Part shown: piece after piece, positions 1-8,562 of the stretch
How the letters are laid out: the number at the start of each line of letters is the position of its first letter
Position numbering within the stretch: position 1 is the first letter of the stretch
Source of the DNA: Saprospiraceae bacterium
GTDB taxonomy: Bacteria > Bacteroidota > Bacteroidia > Chitinophagales > Saprospiraceae
Assembly: GCA_016787465.1 (NCBI GenBank)
Contig: JAEUUR010000197.1
Span: 1-60,869 of the forward strand
Direction: 5' to 3'
DNA: 60,869 nt
Translations under genes and position numbers: made by a program
Notes under the pieces: model-generated
What the model was told of the DNA's origin: nothing
What the model saw: only the letters and a program-made list of their open reading frames with translations
Databases searched by the model: none

Positions 1-192
1 GGTACAAACTAATCCTGCCAACACAATCCATCCATATAGTTGAAATTTGAGTCCCGTAGCGTGTAACAACGCCCTTCGATCCGGATGGTTTTTGATGGCA
101 GGTAACAGCACCAACGGCAGGAAAAGCATGCCTCCAACCCAAAATGCTGCAAAAAGGATGTGTAAAAAGACGGAGAGGTGATACACATTCAT
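1..192 (-). CDS. Integral membrane protein, N-terminal 64 codons only (gene runs off the left window edge); CopD/HemJ-like hydrophobic N-terminus
   Basis: Hand translation of the minus strand from ATG 192-190 stays open to base 1: MNVYHLSVFLHILFAAFWVGGMLFLPLVLLPAIKNHPDRRALLHATGLKFQLYGWIVLAGLVCT. It has two obvious TM helices. It is absent from the ORF track because it is truncated. Confidence 0.4.
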   Translation of the reverse strand, partial: MNVYHLSVFLHILFAAFWVGGMLFLPLVLLPAIKNHPDRRALLHATGLKFQLYGWIVLAGLVCT

Positions 193-310
193 ATCTTCAA
201 AATCAACAGGAAAGAACCTTTAAAGAGTGAGGCGTAGCCTCAAATCGGCAAGGCGTGGCCGAGCCAGCCGTCCCACACTCACACCACACACCCACACTCC
301 CGCTGAAGTG

Positions 311-397
311 CGGAGAGGGAGGGATTCGAACCCCCGGTACCTTTGACAGTACGCCTGATTTCGAATCAGGTGCATTCAACCGCTCTGCCACCTCTCC
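311..397 (-). tRNA. tRNA-Ser (anticodon CGA)
   Basis: The reverse complement folds as a cloverleaf. Acceptor is GGAGAGG/CCTCTCC, anticodon stem CCTGA/TCAGG with loop TTCGAAA (CGA), a long variable arm and T-loop GGTTCGAATCC. The track ORFs 203..478(-) and 255..617(+) are artefacts over it. Confidence 0.9.
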
Positions 398-445
398 TAC
401 TGGGAGTGAGTATGTGTTGATCGATGGGTTCCGTGAATGGGAATT

Positions 446-469
446 AAAAAAAAGCGGCCGTAGCCGCTT
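446..469 (-). terminator. Intrinsic terminator between the two tRNA-Ser genes
   Basis: The minus strand reads AAGCGGC-TACG-GCCGCTT followed by TTTTTTTAATT: a 7-bp GC-rich stem, a 4-nt loop and a T-run. Confidence 0.6.
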
Positions 470-517
470 GTCCAACACCCCAAACCCATACTACGCATAT
501 CAACTCACTTTAAATTG

Positions 518-605
518 CGGAGAGACGGGGATTCGAACCCCGGATACGCTTGTGACGTATACGCACTTTCCAGGCGCGCTCCTTAAACCACTCGGACATC
601 TCTCC
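518..605 (-). tRNA. tRNA-Ser (anticodon GGA)
   Basis: In the reverse complement the acceptor is GGAGAGA/TCTCTCC. The anticodon stem is CGCGC/GTGCG with loop CTGGAAA (GGA). A long variable arm and T-loop GGTTCGAATCC are present. Confidence 0.9.
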
Positions 606-638
606 GGAAATAAATAACTATGTTGATTTTTCGGGCTG

Positions 639-646
639 CAAAGATA
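639..646 (-). promoter_or_regulatory. Bacteroidota -7 box (TATCTTTG on minus strand) upstream of tRNA-Ser(GGA)
   Basis: Plus-strand CAAAGATA is the reverse complement of TAnnTTTG. It lies 34 nt upstream of the mature tRNA 5' end and shares the extended GGCTGCAAAG context with the boxes at 6886 and 54094. Confidence 0.45.
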
Positions 647-770
647 AATGCATTCCGCAATTATCAAGTGCTATGCGAAATGTTTTCTGAATTCTCTTGT
701 AATTGATTTAATCAGAGCAAGTTGCCTGCTGCTTTCCTTTAAATTCCTGTAAATCACCAAAATACTGGTT

Positions 771-778
771 TATCTTTG
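771..778 (+). promoter_or_regulatory. -7 box TATCTTTG upstream of dgkA
   Basis: Exact TAnnTTTG match 29 nt upstream of the ATG at 807. Confidence 0.45.
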
Positions 779-806
779 TCAGAACCATCCGATTATTCAA
801 CTGAAA

Positions 807-1178
807 ATGCCTGCCTTCGGTTCCATGAGCCTGAAAAAAAGACTTCACAGCTTTCAATATGCCATCAATGGCATCCGGAATTTATTCACTTCTCAGCCCA
901 ACGCACAAATTCATCTGCTGGTTGCCCTGTTTACATTGGGTGCAGGGTATTATTTCCAAATTTCCCGCATGGAATGGCTGGCTGTATGCATATGTATCGT
1001 AACGGTCATCAGCCTGGAGGCTGTTAATACAGCATTAGAACATTTGACAGACCTCGTTTCACCTGATTTTCACCCTTTGGCGGGGAAGGTGAAAGACGTA
1101 GCAGCAGCAGCCGTACTGATTGCTGCCATTGGAGCCGTCGCCGTGGGGCTGATCATTTTTTTGCCGAAAGTGTTTTAA
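807..1178 (+). CDS. dgkA: Diacylglycerol/undecaprenol kinase (DgkA family)
   Basis: 123-aa three-TM protein. It has the DgkA-type N-terminus (FxYAxNGI) and the SLEAVNTALE motif. Confidence 0.85.
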   Translation: MPAFGSMSLKKRLHSFQYAINGIRNLFTSQPNAQIHLLVALFTLGAGYYFQISRMEWLAVCICIVTVISLEAVNTALEHLTDLVSPDFHPLAGKVKDVAAAAVLIAAIGAVAVGLIIFLPKVF

Positions 1179-1194
1179 ATCGGCACTTTTAGGG

Positions 1195-1234
1195 CAAAAA
1201 AATGAGGCTGACTCCACTAAGAGTCAGCCTCATT
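1195..1234 (-). terminator. Intrinsic terminator of the atp operon (also closes dgkA)
   Basis: Perfect 14-bp stem AATGAGGCTGACTC/GAGTCAGCCTCATT (1201-1214 / 1221-1234). On the minus strand it is followed by TTTTTTGCCC. Confidence 0.7.
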
Positions 1235-1323
1235 AAATTATCACAATCATTGCTCCCCAAAAAACCACGACTAAAATCCAAAAAAATCAATCTGTGAAAT
1301 CCAAAAATCCGGCGAATCCGCGA

Positions 1324-2217
1324 TCAGCCTTCAAGTGCGGCTACGCCGCCAACGATTTCACCCAATTCTTTGGTAATCGCTTCCTGACGGGCTTTGTTGT
1401 AGTTGATTTTAAGTCCTTTCAACAGTTCTTCTGCATTTTCAGTTGCTTTGTCCATCGCAGTCATACGTGAACCGTGTTCAGAAGCCAGGGTGTCTAACAC
1501 ACATTTGTGAAAGGTCAGTTGCAAAATGCTGGGAACAAGGTGTTCCAGCAACTGGTGTTGATCCGGTTCAAAAATGTAATCTGCCTTTTTTTGTTTTGCA
1601 CCATCCGGCACTTCCATTTTTGGAACAGGCAGCCATTGTTGAACGGTAGGAAAGGTGGTGGCAGCATTTTTGAATCTGCCGTACACTACCTCAACTGCAT
1701 CATACTTAGCGGTGGAGAACGCTCCCATCAGGGTGCGGGCAACAGCACTAACCGTGTTGTATTCTGGCTGGTCGTATACATGAATATACTCCGTGTTGAA
1801 TTCAATATCACGGTAACGTCGGCGGAACCAGTCAAATCCTTTTTTGCCGATAAACAACACCGTCAACTTGCCGTCTTTTCGTTGCTGCTCGTATTTGTTG
1901 CGGATCAGGGCAGCTGCTTCTTTACAAATGTTTGTATTGAACGCACCACACAATCCACGGTTGGATGTCATGACTACGATCAAGGCCTGTTTTACGTCGC
2001 GGCTGTTACCAAAGCTGGTTCCTGCATCACCATCGAGGTTCGACAGGATATTTGACAACATTTTGTTCAGGCGATCAGCATACGGACGCACCTGTTGGAT
2101 GCCTTGCTGTGCTTTGCGCAACTTGGCTGCCGAAACCATTTTCATGGCTTTGGTGATCTGTTGGGTGTTGATCACCGACTTGATCCTTTCACGAACTTCT
2201 TTTAATCCGCCGGCCAT
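1324..2217 (-). CDS. atpG: F0F1 ATP synthase gamma subunit
   Basis: 297 aa with a typical gamma N-terminus (LKEVRERIKSVINTQQITKAMKMVSAAKLRKAQ) and C-terminus (ITKELGEIVGG). Its operon position follows atpA. Confidence 0.97.
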   Translation of the reverse strand: MAGGLKEVRERIKSVINTQQITKAMKMVSAAKLRKAQQGIQQVRPYADRLNKMLSNILSNLDGDAGTSFGNSRDVKQALIVVMTSNRGLCGAFNTNICKEAAALIRNKYEQQRKDGKLTVLFIGKKGFDWFRRRYRDIEFNTEYIHVYDQPEYNTVSAVARTLMGAFSTAKYDAVEVVYGRFKNAATTFPTVQQWLPVPKMEVPDGAKQKKADYIFEPDQHQLLEHLVPSILQLTFHKCVLDTLASEHGSRMTAMDKATENAEELLKGLKINYNKARQEAITKELGEIVGGVAALEG

Positions 2218-2225
2218 TTATTTAG

Positions 2226-2315
2226 AATGATGAATGATGAATGATGAATGATGGATGTAGAATGTAGAATGATGAAGTCAAAATATTCATCATTCATCAT
2301 TCTACATTCATCATT
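2226..2315. repeat. Heptamer-repeat hairpin: 7 x AATGATG-type units, 13-nt loop, 4 x CATCATT-type units
   Basis: Read directly from the sequence. (AATGATG)4-GATGTAG-AATGTAG-AATGATG occupies 2226-2274. CATCATT-CATCATT-CTACATT-CATCATT occupies 2288-2315. This gives a stem of about 28 bp with 3 mismatches that fills the whole atpA-atpG spacer. Confidence 0.85.
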
Positions 2316-3900
2316 ATTTCTTGTATTGTCCTGCCAGGTCGGCTGCCAAGGCTTTTACTTTAGCAAGGCTGGCATCGTCGAGTTTGCCTTTACGGAATTC
2401 CTCCAATACCTCCGGCATTTTAGCTTCCATACGTTCCAGGAACAGGTGTTCAAATTCACGTACATCATTGAGCGGAACATCGCGGAGGAGGTTGTTGGTG
2501 CCCAGGTAAATGATGGCAACTTGTTTTTCTACTGGAACCGGACTGTATTGTGGTTGTTTCAGAATTTCCACGTTGCGGGCGCCTTTCGACAATACGGCCT
2601 GCGTAGCGGCATCCAAATCTGAACCGAATTTAGCAAATGCTTCCAACTCGCGGTATTGAGCCTGGTCGAGCTTCAATGTACCGGCCACTTTTTTCATGGA
2701 TTTGATCTGGGCATTACCACCTACGCGGCTTACCGAGATACCAACGTTGATGGCTGGACGCACACCGGCGTTAAACAGGTTGGACTCCAAAAAGATCTGA
2801 CCGTCGGTGATAGAAATTACGTTGGTCGGGATGTAGGCAGAAACGTCGCCGGCTTGGGTTTCAATGATCGGCAGGGCCGTCAGAGAACCGCCACCTTTTA
2901 CCAAACCTGCTTTCAGCAAGCTTTCCGGTACGTTGTTCATCGAGCGAGCGATTTCATCGTTGTTGATGATCTTAGCTGCGCGTTCGAGCAAGCGGCTGTG
3001 GAGGTAAAACACGTCGCCAGGATATGCTTCGCGGCCTGGAGGACGGCGGAGCAACAAAGATGCTTCACGGTAAGCAACGGCTTGTTTGGAAAGGTCATCG
3101 AAGATGATCAATGCCGGGCGGCCCGTGTCGCGGAAATATTCGCCAATCGCAGCGCCGGCGAAAGGAGCGTAGAATTGCAGCGGAGCCGGATCGGAAGCGG
3201 AAGAAGAAACGATAGTGGTGTACGACATGGCGCCGTATTCTTCCAACGTCCGTGCTACAGTTGCAACGGTAGAAGCTTTTTGTCCGCAAGCAACATAGAT
3301 ACAGAATACAGGTTCGCCGCGGTCGAAAAATTCTTTTTGATTGATGATGGTGTCGATCGCGATGGCTGTTTTACCAACCTGACGGTCGCCAATGATCAAC
3401 TCGCGTTGTCCGCGGCCGATCGGAATCATCGAGTCGATGGCTTTTACACCGGTTTGAAGGGGTTCGTTTACCGGCTGGCGGTAGATAACGCCCGGTGCTT
3501 TACGCTCCAGGGGCATTTCGTATTTGGCGCCTGAAATAGGGCCTTTGCCGTCGATGGGTTGGCCCAGGGTGTTGACAACACGACCTACGAAGCCTTCGCC
3601 GACTTCAATAGAGGCGATTTTGCCGGTACGTTTTACGATGGAACCTTCATGAATGCCATCGGATGCGCCCATCAAAACGGCGCCGACGTTGTCTTCTTCC
3701 AGGTTCAGTACGATTGCGCGTACGCCATTTTCAAATTCGACCAACTCGCCCGATTGAGCGCGGTTCAAGCCGTAGATGCGGGCGATACCGTCGCCCACTT
3801 GCAGCACCGTACCCACTTCTTCCAGATTGGTTTCTGCGCCGAAGCCGGCCAATTGCTGTTTCAATATCGCGGAGATTTCTTCCGGTCTGACGTCTGCCAT
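2314..3900 (-). CDS. atpA: F0F1 ATP synthase alpha subunit
   Basis: 528 aa with Walker A GDRQVGKT. The alpha-subunit sequence is canonical throughout. Confidence 0.98.
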   Translation of the reverse strand: MADVRPEEISAILKQQLAGFGAETNLEEVGTVLQVGDGIARIYGLNRAQSGELVEFENGVRAIVLNLEEDNVGAVLMGASDGIHEGSIVKRTGKIASIEVGEGFVGRVVNTLGQPIDGKGPISGAKYEMPLERKAPGVIYRQPVNEPLQTGVKAIDSMIPIGRGQRELIIGDRQVGKTAIAIDTIINQKEFFDRGEPVFCIYVACGQKASTVATVARTLEEYGAMSYTTIVSSSASDPAPLQFYAPFAGAAIGEYFRDTGRPALIIFDDLSKQAVAYREASLLLRRPPGREAYPGDVFYLHSRLLERAAKIINNDEIARSMNNVPESLLKAGLVKGGGSLTALPIIETQAGDVSAYIPTNVISITDGQIFLESNLFNAGVRPAINVGISVSRVGGNAQIKSMKKVAGTLKLDQAQYRELEAFAKFGSDLDAATQAVLSKGARNVEILKQPQYSPVPVEKQVAIIYLGTNNLLRDVPLNDVREFEHLFLERMEAKMPEVLEEFRKGKLDDASLAKVKALAADLAGQYKK

Positions 3901-3987
3901 ATTTCAGCTTTTTATTGTAAGTTTTATGTAATGATGAGTGGACGATGTTGCGTTATAATTGAATCATAACCCAAACCTCATCACTCC

Positions 3988-4548
3988 TTAAAATTCTTTG
4001 ATGTACAGGTTTTTCGAGAAGGTGTTTTTGAGGTCTTCAAGTTTTTGGGCTACAGAGGCGTCGAAACGCTTGTTATCAAATTCGAGTACGAAACCGCCGA
4101 TTAACTCAGGATCAATTTTGGTAATTACGTCCAGTTTTTCCGTTGTAGCGCCGCTTGCCAGGAGTTGTTTTTTCAATTCGGCCAACACACTTTCTGTCAT
4201 TTCAGAAGCGGTGGTCACCGTAACTGTGGTAATATTTTGCATCACCTTGTATTGTCTGACAAATTCTGCTGCAATTTCAGGAAGGTACGCTTCACGACCT
4301 TTGTTTACCAGCAATTCGAGGTATGCCATCGTCAAAGCGTCTACTTTGCTTTTAAAGATGGCTTCCAGCACCGCATTTTTTTTGTCCGCATGAATGATGG
4401 GGCTTTTAAGCATCATGTACAGATCCCGGTGGTGAACGGCTGTAGCTATCAAATTAATATCGGCGCTCACGCCGGCTAATTTGTTCTGCTCAATCGCTAA
4501 ATCCATCAAAGATTTGGCGTATCGTGTGGCAATTCTTATTACACTCAT
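3988..4548 (-). CDS. atpH: F0F1 ATP synthase delta (OSCP) subunit
   Basis: 186 aa with N-terminus RYAKSLMDLA, placed between atpF and atpA. Confidence 0.9.
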   Translation of the reverse strand: MSVIRIATRYAKSLMDLAIEQNKLAGVSADINLIATAVHHRDLYMMLKSPIIHADKKNAVLEAIFKSKVDALTMAYLELLVNKGREAYLPEIAAEFVRQYKVMQNITTVTVTTASEMTESVLAELKKQLLASGATTEKLDVITKIDPELIGGFVLEFDNKRFDASVAQKLEDLKNTFSKNLYIKEF

Positions 4549-4623
4549 GGTGGAAATAGGTTTATCTGCAAATCCTTCAACACCGTTTGAACAGTTGATT
4601 GATTTGCATGCCGACCAATCAGT

Positions 4624-5136
4624 TTAGTTCAGTTTGATGTTGTCGGCCAGTGATTTGGCGTAGTTTTCCTGTTCCGACTTGTTGGCCAGTTCTTTGCGCA
4701 GGATTTTTTCAGCAATTTCCACCGCCATTTGGCCTACTTCGTTTTTGAGAGAAACCACAGCTGCCATTTTTTGGTTTTCAATGTCCTGAATGGCGCTTTC
4801 TACTTTGCGTTTATATTCCGCGTTGGCGCGTTCTTTGGCTTCAGCAATGATTTCGTCTTTGGCGTCCTTTGCTTCTTTCAGGATAGCGGAGCGCTCTTCG
4901 CGGGCCTGAGCAAGCAGCTTTTCATTCTCTGCCTGGAGGTGCGACATTTCTTCGCGGGCCTTTTTGGCTTCATCCAGGGCATTTTGAATGTCTGTTTCCC
5001 GCTGTTTGAGTGCTGCGCCGATCGGTTTGAAAGCGAAACGGCTCATCAGGAACCAAAAAAGGAGGAAGATGACGGTTGTCCAGATCAAAAGACCTGGTTC
5101 GGGTTTGAGTACGTTGAAATCTGCCAGAAATAACAT
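4624..5136 (-). CDS. atpF: F0F1 ATP synthase subunit b
   Basis: 170 aa with one N-terminal TM helix followed by a long charged coiled coil. Its position is between atpE and atpH. Confidence 0.9.
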   Translation of the reverse strand: MLFLADFNVLKPEPGLLIWTTVIFLLFWFLMSRFAFKPIGAALKQRETDIQNALDEAKKAREEMSHLQAENEKLLAQAREERSAILKEAKDAKDEIIAEAKERANAEYKRKVESAIQDIENQKMAAVVSLKNEVGQMAVEIAEKILRKELANKSEQENYAKSLADNIKLN

Positions 5137-5253
5137 CTTTCGAAGAATGAAATTGAAGTTCGTTATAATTGATGCCGGCTAGCCGGCACGAGATCGTCAA
5201 AACAGGGGTTGAAGAACGAACCAACCGTTGCTCCATCAACCCCAATGGTTTTC

Positions 5254-5499
<246 letters not shown>

Positions 5500-5533
5500 T
5501 TATTGATACTACGGATTTTAGTCCGATGTATGT

Positions 5534-6850
5534 TCAGTGATGATGTGGTTCTTCGATAGCGGTGCCGATGTACGTAGCGCTCAACATGGTAAAGATGAAA
5601 GCCTGCAGGAATGCAACCAGCAATTCCAGGGTCATCATGAACAACGTGAGCAACGTAGAGGCGCCGATACCGATGATGGAGCCGCTCATGCTTTCACCTG
5701 ATTTGCCCAGAATGAATATCAAACTTACAAACGACAAAATCACAATGTGACCAGCCGTAATGTTGGCAAACAAACGAAGCAGGAGGGTGAAAGGTTTGAG
5801 GAACAGTCCCAGTATCTCAATCGGGGTTAAAATGAATATTTTCAAAAGAGCGGGCACGCCAGGCATCCACAAAGTGTGTTCCCAAAAGTGTTTGTTCGCG
5901 CTGAAAGTTGAAATCAGGAATGTCAGTACAGCCAATACAATGGTGATGGAAATGTTTCCGGTCACATTGGCGCTGCCGGGGAAAAAAGGAATTTGCCCGA
6001 TGAGGTTGAGGCCCAGGATAAAAAAGAAGGCCGACATCAGGTAGGGCATGTATTTTTCGTAGTGGTGGCCAATATTTGGCTTGGCTACTTCGTCACGAAT
6101 GAACGTGTAGAATGGTTCTATGAAGTTTTGCAATCCTTTTGGCGCATGTCCCCGGCGTTTGGTCGCGGAATTAGCCACCGAGCGGAATACCAAAAACAGG
6201 AAAATGGCCGTCATCAACATTGTAAATACATTACGTGTGATGCTGAAATCCATGAAGCTCGTGACGCCGCCGCCCAAAATGCCGCCGTCGTAGGTAGTTT
6301 TGGCTTCCAGTGGATAGCATTGGCCTTCAATGACAGCGTTGTACTGCATTTTCTTTTTGCCTTCGCCTTCTACTTCGAGGTGCGTAATGTCTTCAATCGC
6401 ATAATCGCGATCAGCCATTTGGCCGCCCTGGATGCGCATTACTCCACCGTGCACAAGCACATAACCTTCGTGCGAATTTTCACCGGTGCTGTGGTGGTGG
6501 GGGTGAAAGGCTTTGGTGGTCATAAAAGACCAGCCTTTTTCCGATTTCAGGATGACGGGCAAGTGGAAATAAATATCCCCAAACACGTGGATAATGTTGG
6601 CATCCGAAATGTGGTGCACGGCATTGTCGCCGGCGTTAAATTCTTGCGGGGCATTGATGGAATGACCGCACTTTCCGTGCTCTTCCGCGTGTTCTGCAGG
6701 CTGAGGAGCCGCGGAATCAGGCTGGGCATGTTCGTGCCCGTGCTGATCGGTGTGAGTAGGGTGGTCGTGCCCGTGGTCGTTCTGAGCGTAGGCAAATGCA
6801 GCGAAACCGCTGAAAATCAATGCAATCCAGTATTTACGAATAGCTGTCAT
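5534..6850 (-). CDS. atpB: F0F1 ATP synthase subunit a, with signal-like N-terminus and His-rich N-terminal extension
   Basis: The C-terminal ~240 aa is a canonical a subunit (LRLFANITAGHIV with the essential Arg). The track start at 6877 is a TTG. The ATG at 6850 (MTAIRKYWIALIFSGFAAFAYA) sits about 36 nt downstream of the -7 box, so it is preferred. Confidence 0.9.
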   Translation of the reverse strand: MTAIRKYWIALIFSGFAAFAYAQNDHGHDHPTHTDQHGHEHAQPDSAAPQPAEHAEEHGKCGHSINAPQEFNAGDNAVHHISDANIIHVFGDIYFHLPVILKSEKGWSFMTTKAFHPHHHSTGENSHEGYVLVHGGVMRIQGGQMADRDYAIEDITHLEVEGEGKKKMQYNAVIEGQCYPLEAKTTYDGGILGGGVTSFMDFSITRNVFTMLMTAIFLFLVFRSVANSATKRRGHAPKGLQNFIEPFYTFIRDEVAKPNIGHHYEKYMPYLMSAFFFILGLNLIGQIPFFPGSANVTGNISITIVLAVLTFLISTFSANKHFWEHTLWMPGVPALLKIFILTPIEILGLFLKPFTLLLRLFANITAGHIVILSFVSLIFILGKSGESMSGSIIGIGASTLLTLFMMTLELLVAFLQAFIFTMLSATYIGTAIEEPHHH

Positions 6851-6885
6851 GTTCGCTATTGAAATGTCTTTTTTCAAATCGGCTG

Positions 6886-6893
6886 CAAAGGTA
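6886..6893 (-). promoter_or_regulatory. -7 box (TACCTTTG on minus strand) of the atp operon
   Basis: Plus-strand CAAAGGTA lies within the GGCTGCAAAG context, 36 nt upstream of the atpB ATG at 6850. Confidence 0.5.
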
Positions 6894-7099
6894 CTATGCG
6901 ATTTTCGTTTAAAAAAACCAAGAAAATTATTTTTCAGAAAAAAATAAGGAAACAGGCTTTCGAGGTGTGGTGATTCGGAATTAAATTTGGAATGGGCGGT
7001 AAAATTGCCTTCTGGGTCAATTAATTTTTTTTAAAAATACCCCATCGCCTTAATTAATAAGTTGCTTGATAGTTCTTTGCGGAAAATAAAACTTGTCAA

Positions 7100-8551
7100 A
7101 TGGATTTTAGGCGGGCATTTTTTGCAGCGGGACCATTGCTTTTTCTGGCTACCTTAATGCTTCCAGCACCTGATGGACTTGGGTTTGCGGGTCAGGCTAC
7201 AGCAGGCATCACACTATGGATTGCTATTTGGTGGATTGCCGAACCTGTTAAGTCAGCAGTTACTTCACTGTTGCCTTTGGTGTTGTTGCCTTTATTAGGT
7301 GTGATGCCTGTTAAAACAGCTTCGGCTGAATTTGGCAACGAAATCATATTTTTGTTCATCTCCGGGTTTTTTATTGGAAAAACCATTGAGAAGTGGAACC
7401 TGCATCGCCGTATTGCCCTGAACCTCGTAGCGTTTCTCGGCACCAACCCATCACGGATGGTACTTGGTTTTATGGTTGCAACGGCCGGTATTTCCATGTG
7501 GATATCCAATACGGCAACTGCCGTGATGATGACACCGGTGGCAGTTGCCGTCGGACAACACATCGGCGCAGGAGAACGGAGTAAAAATTTTAGGATTGCC
7601 CTCTTGTTGGGAGTAGGGTATGCTTGTTCGATTGGAGGTTTGGCAACAATTATTGGAACGCCTACCAATGCTATTTTTATTTCTTATGCTGCTGCTAAAA
7701 TGGGTGAAACCGTTTCTTTTTGGAAATGGTTTTTGATCGGGTTGCCTATCTCTGTATTATTATTATTGGTGTGCTGGCAACTCCTGATCCGGATTTTTCC
7801 ACTTCCAAAGGATTTGGGCGAACACAATGAGTCGAGGCAAACAATTGTTGCAGAGCTTGAAAAGATGGGTAAAATCACTACGCCTGAGGTGCGGCTCCTG
7901 CTTACCTTCGGTGCAGTAGTTCTGGCATGGATTACAGGTTCCTTGTTGTGGTACCATCTGGTTCCGAACTGTAACGACACCCTGGTGGCGGTTGCCGGCG
8001 CGATTTTGTTGTTTCTGGTGCCTGCCGGGAAACATCGAAATCATGTGAAACCTGACCATTATGAACCCCTGCTGGATTGGGGTACAGCCGTTACCATACC
8101 CTGGGACATTATTCTGTTGTTCGGCGGTGGTCTGGCCCTCGCCAAAGGATTTGATGTCAGTGGCCTGGCGCCCTGGATGGGCGAACAATTGAAAGGATTG
8201 AGCACCTTACCCCACGTTCTGATCTTGCTCAGCGTTTTAGTAGTGGTGGTGGTATTAAGCGAAGTGGCTTCCAACATAGCTACGGCCTCCATGATGATGC
8301 CCGTTCTGGCAGCTTTGGCCCTCAGTATTGGCTCGCATCCTTTCGGGCTTTGTATGAGTGCCACCCTGGCGGCTTCCTTCGGATTTGGCTTGCCGGTAGC
8401 AACGGCGCCTAATTCAATTGTATTTGCATCCGGCTACTTGACAACCAAAGACATGGCAAAAGCAGGGTTCATTTTAGATGCGTTGGCTATCTTGATTTTA
8501 CTTTTGGTGATTTACCTTGGGTTGCCCTGGGTTTGGGGGATTACCGTTTAA
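7100..8551 (+). CDS. DASS/SLC13-family anion (di/tricarboxylate or sulfate):Na+ symporter
   Basis: 483-aa polytopic protein with the diagnostic SNTATA hairpin motif (MWISNTATAVMM) and its C-terminal repeat (SNIATASMMMP). Confidence 0.85.
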   Translation: MDFRRAFFAAGPLLFLATLMLPAPDGLGFAGQATAGITLWIAIWWIAEPVKSAVTSLLPLVLLPLLGVMPVKTASAEFGNEIIFLFISGFFIGKTIEKWNLHRRIALNLVAFLGTNPSRMVLGFMVATAGISMWISNTATAVMMTPVAVAVGQHIGAGERSKNFRIALLLGVGYACSIGGLATIIGTPTNAIFISYAAAKMGETVSFWKWFLIGLPISVLLLLVCWQLLIRIFPLPKDLGEHNESRQTIVAELEKMGKITTPEVRLLLTFGAVVLAWITGSLLWYHLVPNCNDTLVAVAGAILLFLVPAGKHRNHVKPDHYEPLLDWGTAVTIPWDIILLFGGGLALAKGFDVSGLAPWMGEQLKGLSTLPHVLILLSVLVVVVVLSEVASNIATASMMMPVLAALALSIGSHPFGLCMSATLAASFGFGLPVATAPNSIVFASGYLTTKDMAKAGFILDALAILILLLVIYLGLPWVWGITV

Positions 8552-8562
8552 GTTAAACTTCA

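Noticed and set aside
203-617. Track ORFs 203..478(-) and 255..617(+)
   Set aside because: They lie directly over two well-formed tRNA-Ser genes and the terminator between them. Their translations are low-complexity, so they are ORF-finder artefacts.
2248-2622. ORFs starting inside the heptamer repeats with SSFIIHHSS-like N-termini (2248..2622 +, 21751..22458 -, 32141..32518 -)
   Set aside because: The CATCATT strand of the repeat has no stop codon in any frame, so ORFs antisense to atpA, sucC and murD are artificially extended. All are antisense to strongly supported genes.
5993-6862. 289-aa ORF antisense to atpB
   Set aside because: It is antisense to a canonical gene, has a Val/Phe/Gly-rich nonsense composition and shows no motif.
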